DNA of 63,904 bases, filler included, from an uncultured Gemmatimonadota bacterium (GCA_964490075.1; 3 parts of 3 records of this genome joined end to end with filler, not necessarily neighbours in it), one strand, 5' to 3'. Numbered from the whole stretch's first letter, positions 1-11,952 are shown. The notes: generated by a model not told the origin, from the letters alone. Numbers and translations are program-made.

Positions 1-211
1 CCGCCTCTTGGGTCCCCGGGGCCACGTAGACAGGACGCGGCCGATCGCCTCAGGTGGCACCTCGCCCGCGCGCTCCGGCGTGGGAACCAGCTCCCACACG
101 TACAGGAACCAGTCCGTCCCGAGATCGGGATCGAAAATGGGGCGATGGATCGCGCCGCGGGGCGCGAGCCTGAGCTCCAGTGCCCACAAAGGGGGTCGTT
201 GTGTATCGCGG

Positions 212-930
212 ATGGGTATTCAGGATCTCTCTCTCGTAGGAGCCTTGGTCTTGTTGCCTGAGTCGGCGCCGGCGATCACGTCGAGCGAGGACGATCAGAT
301 CGAGAACGGCGGCTTCGACGTCGCGTGGAGTCGCGACAACGAGCCGTACAAAGCGGAGCGCCAGGCGCCCTTCTGGACGATGTGAGGGTCACCGACGACC
401 TGGACCGGCAGTCTTGCGACATGAGCGATCCGCCGCCCGAGGCGATCGTGGCGGCACTGCCGATCGAGATCGCCCCGGACGGTTGGCTGGAGATCGCCGG
501 CAACGCGGTGCTGCCGATCGAAGGGCGCGGCTTCAACGGTGTGATCCAGGGCCCGGGGCTGAAAGACCGGATCTACGGCAGCAAACGAGACTGGAAGGTG
601 ATCCTGGATACGGCCCAATGCGTGGGATTGCGGGTGATTCCCTGGGTGCCGATCTACTATCTCGACTGTGATGCCTACTGCTCGCAGAAATGGCCACTGT
701 GCAGAGACTTGGTGATGGACTGGGCGGGGACATTCGAGAACCACCCGCGCTAGGGGGGTGGATCATCTCGGATGAGATGAGCTTGAGCGACATCCAGAAG
801 CACCCGGACGGGCACGACGTGCGGGCCTGGGTCCTCGCGACCGAGGCGCCGACCAAGTCCCAGAACGAATGCGCTACCTGGCGCTGGTACACCAACCGCA
901 CGCTCTCCGCCGATGTGTCGGTCCACGATC
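212..930 (+). pseudogene. Frameshifted relic of a secreted glycoside-hydrolase-like (TIM-barrel) protein
   Basis: Three consecutive ORF fragments in different frames. 212-385 has a signal-like start and IENGGF. About 420-750 contains ILDTAQCVGLRVIPW. Adding one base near 746 restores ...FENHPALGGWIISDE, resembling the HPA-x-x-x-W-x-x-x-DE segment of clan-A glycosidases. The end point is approximate. Confidence 0.45.
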
Positions 931-1128
931 TGAGAAGCCCCGGCGGCCGGTCGAGTGAGGCCGGGCGGCTCCTCCCAAGGATGAAAGAGCCGCGCGTCCG
1001 CGCCTCTTCTCTCGGGCCGCGGAGGTGCACCGGCACGCCTGGGGATCCCTGAGAATTGCCGGCTGGCTGCATGTCCGATTCTGTTAGCCTGCGATGTTCC
1101 AAGGCATTCAACCCAGGAGAACCGGTCC

Positions 1129-2760
1129 ATGTCCGCTTCGCCGAAGCCTCGGCGCGTGCTCGTCGTGGGGTGGGACGGCGCCACCTTCGACATCGCCGAC
1201 CCGATGATCCAGCAGGGCAAACTGCCCAACCTGGAGCGCCTGATGGAGCGCGGTGTGCGCTGCGCGCTGCGCTCCACCGTGCCCCCCAACTCCTCCATCG
1301 CCTGGGTCAGCTTCGCCACCGGCAAGCAAGCGGGCAAGCACGGCGTCTGCTACTTCGTCGAGCGCACCCCCGGCAGCTACGAGCGGCGCTTCATCAACTC
1401 CACCAGCATCGGCACCGAGACGCTCTGGTCGCTGCTCTCCCGCCACGACAAGCAGATCGGCGTGATCAACGTGCCGGTCAGCTACCCGCCGCGGCCGGTG
1501 AAGGGCACCATGGTGACCGGCATGCTCGCCCCCTCGCCCGAGAGCGGCTTCACCTGGCCGCCTTCGCTGCACACCGAGCTGCTCTCCCAGGTCGGCTGGG
1601 TGCCGATGGACCACGTCGAAGGGGGCGTCTCCTACACCCCCGACCGGCTGCGGCTCCTGAACGAGATCTGGCGCGACCAGGAACGTCGCTGCCAGGTGGC
1701 CCAGTACCTCATGGACCGCGATCCATGGGAGTTCTTCATGGTCGTGTTCACCTCGTCCGACCGCATCGGCCACGTCGCCTTCCGCTTCCTCGACGAGGCC
1801 TTCGCCCGCGAGTCCCCCGAGGCGGTCGCCAAGTTCGGCAACATCCTGCAAGATACCTATGCCCAGCTCGATCGGCTCACCGGCGAGCTGCTCGACAAGG
1901 TCGATGACGACACCACCGTCCTGCTCCTTTCCGACCATGGAATGGGGCCGCTGCGCAAGAGCTTTCGGCTGGGCAAGTGGCTGATCGACGAGGGCTACCT
2001 GGTGCTGATCCCCGACGCCGCCAAGAAGCGCAAGGCCTGGGAGATCCGCAAGCGCCGTCTGACCGAGGGCTTGCGCATCACCGCTCCCGGCCGCCGCCCG
2101 CGCCCACCCTGGGAGCTGGTCGACTGGTCGCGCACACGGGCCTACCCTTCCTGGGGCGGCGGCGAAGAGGTGGTGTTGATCAACCTGGCCGGCCGCGAGC
2201 CCGAGGGCATCGTGCAGCCGGGCCCCGACTACGAGGGGTTGTGCGACGAGATCTGCGCCAAGCTCGAGAAGCTGCAAGATCCCGATCTCGGCGCTCCCTT
2301 CATTCCCAAGGCTCACAAGCGAGCCGACCTCTGGCACGGTCCACAGCTCGACCGGGCCCCCGATATTCAGTTCGAGGTCGACGACGTCGCCTACCACATC
2401 GAAGCCGATCTCTTCGCCACCGAGCTGCTGCACGAGCCTCTCGACAAGGTCCCGGGGATGCACCGAATGGACGGAATCCTGGTCGCCACGGGGCCCGGCA
2501 TCCCGGCCGGGGCGTCGGTGGAGCGCAACGAGCTGATCGATGTGGCTCCCACCGCTTGCCATCTGCTCGGCGTGCCGGTCCCGGAAGATATGGATGGCAA
2601 GGTGATGACCAACCTCTTCACGGAGCAGTTCAACGCCGACCACCCGGTCGAGCTCGGGCCGCCCACGCTCGACTGCGACCACGGCGGGAAAGAAGATTTT
2701 GACGATGCCGAGGCAGGAGCCGTGGCCGAGACACTGCGGGCCATGGGCTACGTGAGCTGA
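1129..2760 (+). CDS. Alkaline phosphatase superfamily protein (type I phosphodiesterase/nucleotide pyrophosphatase-like)
   Basis: VVGWDGAT, LRSTVPPNSSIAW, DRIGH, LSDHGM, GMHRMDG, IDVAPT and the C-terminal LRAMGY tail. AGGAG lies upstream of the ATG. Confidence 0.9.
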   Translation: MSASPKPRRVLVVGWDGATFDIADPMIQQGKLPNLERLMERGVRCALRSTVPPNSSIAWVSFATGKQAGKHGVCYFVERTPGSYERRFINSTSIGTETLWSLLSRHDKQIGVINVPVSYPPRPVKGTMVTGMLAPSPESGFTWPPSLHTELLSQVGWVPMDHVEGGVSYTPDRLRLLNEIWRDQERRCQVAQYLMDRDPWEFFMVVFTSSDRIGHVAFRFLDEAFARESPEAVAKFGNILQDTYAQLDRLTGELLDKVDDDTTVLLLSDHGMGPLRKSFRLGKWLIDEGYLVLIPDAAKKRKAWEIRKRRLTEGLRITAPGRRPRPPWELVDWSRTRAYPSWGGGEEVVLINLAGREPEGIVQPGPDYEGLCDEICAKLEKLQDPDLGAPFIPKAHKRADLWHGPQLDRAPDIQFEVDDVAYHIEADLFATELLHEPLDKVPGMHRMDGILVATGPGIPAGASVERNELIDVAPTACHLLGVPVPEDMDGKVMTNLFTEQFNADHPVELGPPTLDCDHGGKEDFDDAEAGAVAETLRAMGYVS

Positions 2761-2804
2761 GTCGCGCTCGGCGATCGTCGGTGATCGATTCGAGCGGATC
2801 CCCA

Positions 2805-3413
2805 ATGGCAACACTGAGTCGCGAGTCCGACGCCCAAAGGCTGCCGATCTTCCTGTTGGTCGGTCTGCTCGACGCGGTAATCCTGTCGGCGCTGGATCTC
2901 ATCTCCGGCGACTATATTTACCATGCGTTCGGGCGTCTTTTCGGGGTCGCGACGCCTTTCGTGCCGTTCTCCTTGACGCTCTACCTGGTGGGCGCGCTGA
3001 TCGGACTGGCGTGCTATGGCCTGGGCCGCAATTCCGGCCTGCGCCGCCTCTTCGTGGGGCCGGCGGAGTGGATCGCCGGCGTCAGCGGTGTGTCGCTGGC
3101 AGTCTTCGGAGCGTTGCTACTGCTCGATCTGCTCTTCACCGGGGTTTTTCCGCGCTTCGATCTCCCCGCCCTGGCCACCCAGTTCATCGTTCTGCTCACA
3201 CTGTTCAATGGGCTGGTGTTCAGCGTATTGGCCGCGGGATTGATCTACGCCACCACGGCTTCGATCGTACCACCGGGGGCCGACGCCGACGATTTGCGCC
3301 GGCTTTCGGTGATCCTCCTGATCGCGGCCGGGCTCCTGGTCATCGCCGTGTTCCTGGTCAACGACCTGCGCGTGCAGCGCGCCGCCATGACAGCGATCGT
3401 CCCAAAACCGTGA
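2805..3413 (+). CDS. Hypothetical integral membrane protein (about 5 TM helices)
   Basis: Several long hydrophobic stretches; co-oriented and closely spaced between the two AlkP paralogues. An alternative GTG start is at 2781. Confidence 0.7.
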   Translation: MATLSRESDAQRLPIFLLVGLLDAVILSALDLISGDYIYHAFGRLFGVATPFVPFSLTLYLVGALIGLACYGLGRNSGLRRLFVGPAEWIAGVSGVSLAVFGALLLLDLLFTGVFPRFDLPALATQFIVLLTLFNGLVFSVLAAGLIYATTASIVPPGADADDLRRLSVILLIAAGLLVIAVFLVNDLRVQRAAMTAIVPKP

Positions 3414-3423
3414 GACAGAAGCG

Positions 3424-5145
3424 ATGAGCACCACCGACGCAGAGCGCAAGAGCAGAATCCTGATCCTGGGCATCGACGGCGCCACCTTCGACGTGATCGA
3501 TCCCTTGATCGCTCAGGGCCGATTGCCGAACCTGGCCCGCCTGCTGGGTCGCGGCACTTCGGCCCCTTTGCGCTCCACGCAGCCCTGCCAGAGCTCGGTG
3601 GCCTGGCCGGCCTTCATGACCGGCAAGAACCCCGGCAAGACCGGTGTCTTCGCCTTCTGGGTGTCGCAGCCCGGGCAGGTGCTGCGGCCGCTGATCAACT
3701 ACCGCTGCATCAAGACCTCCACCATGTGGGAAACTCTGTCGCGCAGAGGGTATCGGGTGGGATCGGTGAATCTGCCGGTGACCTTTCCCCCGCCGGCGGT
3801 CAAGGGCACCATGGTCGGTGGGCTTCTGACGCCGAGCCCTGAAGCCGCCTTTACCTATCCGCCGCACCTGCACACCGAGCTGCTGGCGCAGTTGGGCCCG
3901 ATCCCGATCGAGATGGACTTGATGCAGTACTCCGGCACCGGCCGCGAGCTGGAGTTCCTCCGAGCCTCGATCGACGCGATGCAGACCCGCACTCGCGTGG
4001 CCCGCTACCTGATGGAACGCGACCCGGATTGGGACCTTTTCATGGTCACCTGGACCATCACCGATCGCGTGCAACATTTTTTCTGGAAATACTGGGATGA
4101 CCAACATCCGGCTTCCCAGACCGAGCGCGGCGCCAAGATGCGCGACGTGATTCCGCAGATCTACCAGCGCGTCGATGGCGAAGTGGGAGAGATGCTGCGG
4201 CAGGTCGACCTGGAGCGCGACACCGTGGTGGTGGTCTCCGACCACGGCTTTGGTCCCAAGCGCAAGAATGTCTACTTGAATCGCTGGCTCGAAGAGCAAG
4301 GGCTCTTCGCCTACAAGAAGCCCTACTGGCTGCGCCAGTGGCGGCCGATGCCGCGCCCGGTCAGCCTGGGTGGCGTCCTGGCCCGTCTCGGGCTCCGCCA
4401 TCCTCTCATCGACAAGCTGCGCAGACTCCGCCTGCCGCTCTTCAAGCCGGTGGCGATTCCGGCATTCATGATGGTCGACTGGTCGAAGACCCAGGCATAC
4501 AACAACTTCATCGGCTCCGAAGAGGGCATCTTCATCAACCTGCGCACGCGCGAGCCGGACGGCATCGTCGCTCCGGGGGCGGAATACGAAGCTCTTCGTG
4601 ATCGGATCATCGCCGCGCTGGGGGAACTGGTCGATCCGGAAGACGGTCTGCCGGTGGTCGACGCGGTGCAGCGCCGGGAAGATCTCTACAGCGGTCCCCA
4701 GGTGGAGGCGGCACCCGACCTGATCGTGACGATGCGCGAGCATTCCTACATGCCGGGCGTGACGCTGCGCACCAAGGAGCTGTTTCGGTCCACCGCCGAC
4801 GAGCGCTTCGCGGGGGGGCAGCAGGAAGGGGAGTCGGGGCAGCACCGCGACGACGGCATTTTCATCATCGCCGGCCGGCACGCGGCCGCGGGCGAGGCGC
4901 GTTTTCAGGGTGCGGCGATCATCGACGTCTATCCGACACTGCTCTATCTTTTCGACGAGCCGATCCCCGAAGACGTCGATGGGAAAGTGTTGCAAGATGC
5001 GGTGGACGAAGCGCTGCTCGAGTCGCGGCAGATCCGCACATGCGAGGCCGACGAAGGCGGAGGTGGCGAAGGCGAGCAAGTCTACTCCGATGCCGAGGAC
5101 GAGATGGTGAAGGAGCGGCTGAAGGCGCTCGGCTACTTCGGCTGA
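3424..5145 (+). CDS. Alkaline phosphatase superfamily protein (phosphodiesterase-like), paralogue of 1129-2760
   Basis: ILGIDGAT, LRSTQPCQSSVAW, DRVQH, VSDHGF, GQHRDDG, IDVYPT and the ERLKALGY tail. Confidence 0.9.
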   Translation: MSTTDAERKSRILILGIDGATFDVIDPLIAQGRLPNLARLLGRGTSAPLRSTQPCQSSVAWPAFMTGKNPGKTGVFAFWVSQPGQVLRPLINYRCIKTSTMWETLSRRGYRVGSVNLPVTFPPPAVKGTMVGGLLTPSPEAAFTYPPHLHTELLAQLGPIPIEMDLMQYSGTGRELEFLRASIDAMQTRTRVARYLMERDPDWDLFMVTWTITDRVQHFFWKYWDDQHPASQTERGAKMRDVIPQIYQRVDGEVGEMLRQVDLERDTVVVVSDHGFGPKRKNVYLNRWLEEQGLFAYKKPYWLRQWRPMPRPVSLGGVLARLGLRHPLIDKLRRLRLPLFKPVAIPAFMMVDWSKTQAYNNFIGSEEGIFINLRTREPDGIVAPGAEYEALRDRIIAALGELVDPEDGLPVVDAVQRREDLYSGPQVEAAPDLIVTMREHSYMPGVTLRTKELFRSTADERFAGGQQEGESGQHRDDGIFIIAGRHAAAGEARFQGAAIIDVYPTLLYLFDEPIPEDVDGKVLQDAVDEALLESRQIRTCEADEGGGGEGEQVYSDAEDEMVKERLKALGYFG

Positions 5146-5173
5146 TCCGACCCCCAAACAAAGGTGTTGCCCG

Positions 5174-6154
5174 ATGTCGACCGATACTCCGCCGCGCGTC
5201 AGCTTCGTGATTCCGCATTGGAACAAGAAGCACCTGCTGGACTACTTCCTGCCCTCGCTGCGGGCCCAGAGCTTCACCGATTTCGAGATCATCGTGGTGG
5301 AGAACGGATCGACGGACGGATCGGTGGAGGAGCTCAGAGAGCGTCATCCGGAGGTGCGGCTGATCGAGCTGCCCGAGAACCTGGGCTTCGCCCCGGCGAC
5401 CAATCTCGGAGTAGAGGCGTCGCAGGCGGAGTTCATCGCCTTCTTCTCCAACGACGTGCAGGCGGAACCGGACTGGCTGGAGCGCATGCTCGCGGTGATG
5501 GACTCAGAGCCCGATGTGGCGATGACCGGCTCCAAGCTGATCTGGGACGACGAGCCCCAGCGTATCTACGCCGCCGGTGACACCTATACGATCGGCGGCT
5601 ACCCGCTCAACGTCGGCCAAAACGTCGCGACCGACGATCCGCGCTTCGTGCACGACCGCGAGGTGTTTTGTGTATGCACCGCCGCGGCATTGGTCCGGCG
5701 CCGGGCTCTCGACGAGGTGAAGCAGTCCTGGGGCTTCTTCGACGATCGCTACTTCGCGCATGGCGAAGACACCGATCTCGGCTTTCGATTGCGCCTGCGC
5801 GGCTGGCGCGCGCGCTATGTGGCGGGCGCGGTGGCGCGTCATATCGGCTCTTTCTCCTCCGACCCGGGCTCGCCCGCGTTCATCCGTCGCACCAACCGCA
5901 ACGCGTTGATGACTTTCGTCAAGGACTACCCGGCGGCGCTCCTGCTGCGCCATTGGCCCAAGGTGCTGGCGGTCTTCCTGCTCTCGGCCTACCTGACGCC
6001 CCATCGGCGCAGCGCCGCAAAAGGGCGCCTGGACGCGCTGCGCATGCTGCCCGAGCTGCTGCGCGACCGGCGCCGGATTCAATCGTCCAGACGCGCCGAT
6101 CTGAAGGAGTTGGAGAGCCTGATGCGCGAGCATCGACTGACGCGCTTTTTCTGA
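5174..6154 (+). CDS. Glycosyltransferase family 2
   Basis: VSFVIPHWN, VVENGSTDGS, NLGFAPATN, FFSND and EDTDLGFRL. Confidence 0.9.
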   Translation: MSTDTPPRVSFVIPHWNKKHLLDYFLPSLRAQSFTDFEIIVVENGSTDGSVEELRERHPEVRLIELPENLGFAPATNLGVEASQAEFIAFFSNDVQAEPDWLERMLAVMDSEPDVAMTGSKLIWDDEPQRIYAAGDTYTIGGYPLNVGQNVATDDPRFVHDREVFCVCTAAALVRRRALDEVKQSWGFFDDRYFAHGEDTDLGFRLRLRGWRARYVAGAVARHIGSFSSDPGSPAFIRRTNRNALMTFVKDYPAALLLRHWPKVLAVFLLSAYLTPHRRSAAKGRLDALRMLPELLRDRRRIQSSRRADLKELESLMREHRLTRFF

Positions 6155-6203
6155 GCCCCCCATAATCCGCCACCTTGGGGCGAGTGATAGGCTTGTGCAT
6201 CCG

Positions 6204-8020
6204 ATGGGCGAAACTGCAGACGACGTCGAGCGCGAGAGCACTGCCCGCGAGGCCGCGGCCGGCGGCATCCCGCACCCCATGCGCACCCTGCGTGCCAAGC
6301 TCGTGGTGTTCGCCGCCGCCATCGTCATCATTCCCGGCGCGTGCGTCGGCATCATCGCGGGGCGCGCCAGCCGCGCGTCGCTGGAGCAGGCGATCGGGGC
6401 TCAGCTTGCTCGCGAGGCCTCCCATGCCGCCGACCGAATTCGGGCCACCCTCGTCGCCGAGCGCTGGGCTCTGGAGAGCTTCTCCCGGCAGGATCTGATG
6501 CGCGAGATCCGCGTCGACGACATCGACAAGCGGATCTCGACGGCGCTGGCCACCTTTCGCCAGGGCAGCTCGGTGCGCCGCGACTACCTGGTGGTGACGC
6601 CCGATCGGCGCGCGGTCGCGGCCGGTCGACCCGCGTCGATCGGAGCGATTCCGGAGGGAATCACTTTCTTCCTGGAGTCGCATGATCGGCCCGTGGTCGG
6701 ACCGCTCGAGCTGGAGAGCGGCCATCCGGTGGTGCTGATGAGCGCCGTGATCGCCGATCCCGACCGCCAGGACGAGGAGCTGGGAATCCTGGTCGGGATC
6801 TATGACTGGCCCGCGCTGGTCGCGCCGATCCGTGCCCTTCGGCGCGAGTTGGGGCGCCTGGGGATGGAAACCAGCGTGCTGGTGGTTCGCGAGGGTGCGC
6901 AGGTAGTGGCGTCGGCGGGCGAGAGCGCGGCGCGCGGCCTTCCGCCGCTGGCGGCGCGCGCGCCCCGAGGGTCGGCCTCGGCCTCTGCCTACTTTCGCGA
7001 CCGGGAGTGGCTGGTCGGAGCCGCATCTCTGGAGCCGCCGCTGGCCGCGACCGAGCTCCTGGTGCTGGAGCCGCTCGCCGTGGCTTTCGCGCCCGCCCGG
7101 CGCCTCGGCTCGCGCCTCGCCCTGGCCCTTTCGGTCGCCCTCACCCTGTCGCTGGCATTGGCGGTGGTCGGAGCCGGACGCGTCTCGGGTCCGCTGCGCG
7201 AGCTGACCCGAGCCACCCGCGGCCTGGCCCGGGGGGAGAGGCACGCGCTGTCGCGCGCGGTGCGCACGCAAGACGAAGTGGGCACTTTGGCGATCGCCTT
7301 CCAGAGCATGGCGAACGATCTCGATACCGCCCAGCGCGACCTGGTCGAGGCCGCCAAGTACGCCTTCGTGGGTGAGCTGGCGGCTGGGGTGGCGCACGAG
7401 GTGCGCACCTCGCTCGGGGTGCTGCGCAGCTCGGTACAGATTCTGCAGCGATCGCTGCCCGAAGGCGCCGACGAGGAGTCGCGCGAGCTGCTGCGCATCG
7501 TTCGGGCCGAGGTCGATCGACTGGGACGCATCGTGGACGAGCTCTTGAGCCTGGCCCGACCGCGCGAGATGGTCGCCGAGCAGACGGTGCTCTCGGAGCT
7601 GCTCTCTCGCGCCGCCGAATTCGTCGAGCCGCAGGCACGTGAGCGAGGCGTGAAATTGGTGCGGCGCGCCTGCACGAGTGAGGGAATCGTTCACTGCGAC
7701 TCGGAGCTGATCTACGAAGTGGCGCTGAATCTCCTGGTCAACGCCGTCCAGGTCGCCGAGGCCGGCGGCCGGGTCGAGGTAGGAATCACCGCGCCCGGAG
7801 CCGGGTTCGCGGGATTCGAAGTGATCGACGATGGACCCGGCATCCCGGATCAGCTCCAGGGCCAGGTCTTTGCTCCTTTCGTGACCGGCAGGAGCGGGGG
7901 GATCGGTCTGGGACTGACCTTCGCCAAGCGCGTGGTGCACGAGCACCGCGGTCGCATCACATTTCGCACTGAAGAGGGTGTCGGCACCACCTTCCGCGTC
8001 GAGCTACCGACGGGACTCAC

Positions 8021-8024
<4 letters not shown>
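6204..8024 (+). CDS. Membrane sensor histidine kinase with HAMP domain
   Basis: Two TM segments, HAMP (PLRELT...DEVGTLAIAF), H-box AHEVRT, N-box NLLVNA, DDGPGI and GIGLGL. The start is uncertain (6195, 6204 or 6279). Confidence 0.92.
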
Positions 8025-9355
<1,331 letters not shown>

Positions 9356-9381
9356 TCCTTCCACGGCGCGCCCGCCGGTCC

Positions 9382-10170
9382 TCATTCCTCCTGCGTGCGC
9401 AGCCGCTCCAGCAGTGCCCGCACCCGCGGCGCGTAGTCGCCCGAGGCGCGGCGCAGGTTGGCCAGGGCACCGTCCAGATCGCCGATCCCGAGCAGTGCGT
9501 AGGCCAGGAGCCAGCGCAGGCGCGGCAGCTCGTGGCCGTAGATCTGCTCGATCCGCTCCAGCAGACCGCTGCGAGCGGCGGCGAAATCGCCCTGGCGCAG
9601 GTCGCCGATCGCGGCCTGGCAGTCGTCGACCGCGTCCGGGGCGCTCGCGATCTCGGCCTCCAGGAACTCCAGCACCTCGCCCCGCGGATTGGCGCTCGCC
9701 CCTTCGCGCTCCAGTGCTCGCAGGAGATAGCTCCGCAGATGGCCGTTCCTGGTCTCCTGCACCCAGCTCGGGGCATCGGTGTCGATGCATTGCAGGAGCT
9801 CCTCCGGGGCCCGCCCCTGGCGGCAGCGGTTCAGACTGGCGCGCGCCGAAGTCAGCAGTCCGCGCGGCAGCGTGACCAGGCTCTCGCGCAGGTGGTCCAG
9901 CTTGGGCTTCTCGGGCGGCTCGCACTCCCGCTCCGACTTCTGCACCAACTCCATGTAGTTGAGCTCCGGCATCACCTTGCTGAGCTCGAGCGCATACACC
10001 GGATCGACTCGCAGGCGGCGACCCGATTCCCACCCGGCCACTGCTGGCGTCGAGCAGCCGATCTGGTGCGCCAGCTCCGCCTGGGTCCAGCCGCGAGACA
10101 TGCGGGCCCTGCGGATCGTTCTTCCCATGTCGGTCATCGGGTTGACCGGGGGGCGACCTCGCCTTCGCAT
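9382..10170 (-). CDS. XRE-family HTH regulator with N-terminal AT-hook-like RRRGRPP and C-terminal TPR-like helices
   Basis: AAGGAG lies 7 nt before the ATG at 10170. IRRARMSRGWTQAELAHQIGCSTPAVAGWESG is a canonical XRE HTH. The C-terminal LAYALLGIGDLDGALANLRRA is TPR-like. Confidence 0.8.
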   Translation of the reverse strand: MRRRGRPPVNPMTDMGRTIRRARMSRGWTQAELAHQIGCSTPAVAGWESGRRLRVDPVYALELSKVMPELNYMELVQKSERECEPPEKPKLDHLRESLVTLPRGLLTSARASLNRCRQGRAPEELLQCIDTDAPSWVQETRNGHLRSYLLRALEREGASANPRGEVLEFLEAEIASAPDAVDDCQAAIGDLRQGDFAAARSGLLERIEQIYGHELPRLRWLLAYALLGIGDLDGALANLRRASGDYAPRVRALLERLRTQEE

Positions 10171-10415
10171 TGCACTGCTCCTTGGCTCTCTCATACAGTA
10201 CGCACGTCTCCCCGAGCGCTCGGCCGCCTCAGCCTTGAAGTTAGTTTCGCTCATTCGGAATCAATGTCAACCATCCATGAGCATCTCCTGCGGGCGACGC
10301 ACCGGTTTGTCGGGCCAGCGCGCGTCTTTTTGTTGCGCTCATGGGACAATCAGGTCGGCCTGCCGGCCGTCGATCAGGCCTCTTGCCACCGATTCCTTCC
10401 TTCCGATAGAGGGTC

Positions 10416-11915
10416 ATGAGCGTTCTCGTCCGCGTCGCCCGCAATGCATCCTGGACCCTGGCCGCAAGGCTCTGGTCGAAGCTGGCCAACGGCCTCTTCT
10501 TCATCGGCGCCTCGCGGCTCCTGGGACCGGCCGAGATGGGCAAGTTCGGCGTCGTCCAGGCGGCCTTCTTCTACTTCGGATTCTTCTCGAGCTTCGGTCT
10601 GGCGCAGACCTCGATTCGCGAGATCGCCCGCGATCGGTCCCGCTCCGAGGAGATCTTCGTCAACGTCTTCACCCTGCGGTCGATTCTCGCCTTGATCTCA
10701 GCCTCGCTGCTGGCCCTATTCCTCGCCGCGGCGCCCTACGGCGAGGAGATCCGCCTCTACATGACGGTGATGGGGATCAGCATCTTCACCGTCGTCATCA
10801 GCGACAGCGCCCAGTCGCTCTTCGTCGCCCACGAGCGGCTCAAGGTGCCGGCGATCATGGGCAGCATCTTCAGCGGCGTGAGCGCGGTCGGCGGCGGGAT
10901 CGCGCTGCTCCTCGGCGGGAGCCTGCTGAGTGTCTTCGCGGCGATCGCCAGTGCCCACGTGCTGGTGGCGATTCTCAACATCTGGTTCGTGCGTCGCGAG
11001 TATGTCGGCCACCGATTTGGACTCGATCCTTCGCTCGCCAAGAGCCTGCTGCGCGAGACCGTGCCCCTGGGGCTCTTGATCGTGCTGATGATCGCGCACG
11101 GCAAGATCGACATCCTGATGCTCTCGAAGATCCCCGGCGGCGCCCGGCTGGCCGCCGGCGGCATCGACGAGCTCACCGCCACCGGTTGCTACGGAGCCGC
11201 CTACAAGGTGTTCGAGGCGGCCGCGATCGTGATCATGGCGGCGCGCATGGCGCTCCTGCCGGCCGTCTCGTCGGCGATGGCCAAAGGCAAAGAACGGGTG
11301 CGCCTGGCCTACCTGCGCGGCTGTCGCCTGCTGACTCTGGTTTACGGGCTGCCGCTGCTCCTGCTGGCGCCCTTCGGCGCGCGCTGGGTGGTGAATCTGC
11401 TCTTCGGCGCCGCGTTCGACCTGGCCGCGGTTCCGGTTATGATTCTGTCTTTTGCCTATGCCATCTACGCCTACAACGCCATCATGCTGCCGATTCTGAT
11501 CAACTCGAAGCGCCTCTTGAGCTTCACCTTGTACGGCTTCGTCGTGGTCGCGATCAACGTGACCTTGAACTGGCTCTTGATCCCTCACTGGTCTCTTTAT
11601 GGCGCGGCGGTTGCCACGCTGCTCTCGACCATCGTGATGGTGTCGATCAAGCTGCGCATCCTCTCCCAGGAGTTCGAGAGCTCGGCGCTCTTCTCGGTGC
11701 CATGGGCGACTTTACTGCCGGTGACGTTCACGCTGGCGGTGACCTGGGCGATCAGCCGCGGTCTGGGATCCGCGCCGCTGGCGCTGCTGGCGGGCGCGGC
11801 CACCTACTTCACCTGCTTGTTGCGCTTCGGCGTGATCGATCCCGAGGATCGCGCCCTGCTGGGCCGGGGCCTGGCGAAGGCTCGCGGCGCACTCGGGCGA
11901 AGCGAAGTGTCCTGA
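10416..11915 (+). CDS. wzx: Wzx-type oligosaccharide flippase (MATE/MOP superfamily)
   Basis: RVARNASW start, SRLLGPAEMGKF, FGLAQTSIREIAR, KIDILML, GCYGAAYK, LNWLLIP...GAAVAT; many TM segments. Confidence 0.88.
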   Translation: MSVLVRVARNASWTLAARLWSKLANGLFFIGASRLLGPAEMGKFGVVQAAFFYFGFFSSFGLAQTSIREIARDRSRSEEIFVNVFTLRSILALISASLLALFLAAAPYGEEIRLYMTVMGISIFTVVISDSAQSLFVAHERLKVPAIMGSIFSGVSAVGGGIALLLGGSLLSVFAAIASAHVLVAILNIWFVRREYVGHRFGLDPSLAKSLLRETVPLGLLIVLMIAHGKIDILMLSKIPGGARLAAGGIDELTATGCYGAAYKVFEAAAIVIMAARMALLPAVSSAMAKGKERVRLAYLRGCRLLTLVYGLPLLLLAPFGARWVVNLLFGAAFDLAAVPVMILSFAYAIYAYNAIMLPILINSKRLLSFTLYGFVVVAINVTLNWLLIPHWSLYGAAVATLLSTIVMVSIKLRILSQEFESSALFSVPWATLLPVTFTLAVTWAISRGLGSAPLALLAGAATYFTCLLRFGVIDPEDRALLGRGLAKARGALGRSEVS

Positions 11916-11952
11916 GGGTCGAAACCGCCCCGACCACCGACCTGGAGAAGGA

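Noticed and set aside
1-190. Possible minus-strand ORF fragment (…IFDPDLGTDWFLYVWELVP…) running off the window start
   Set aside because: It is too short and truncated to assign, with no convincing start or family motif.
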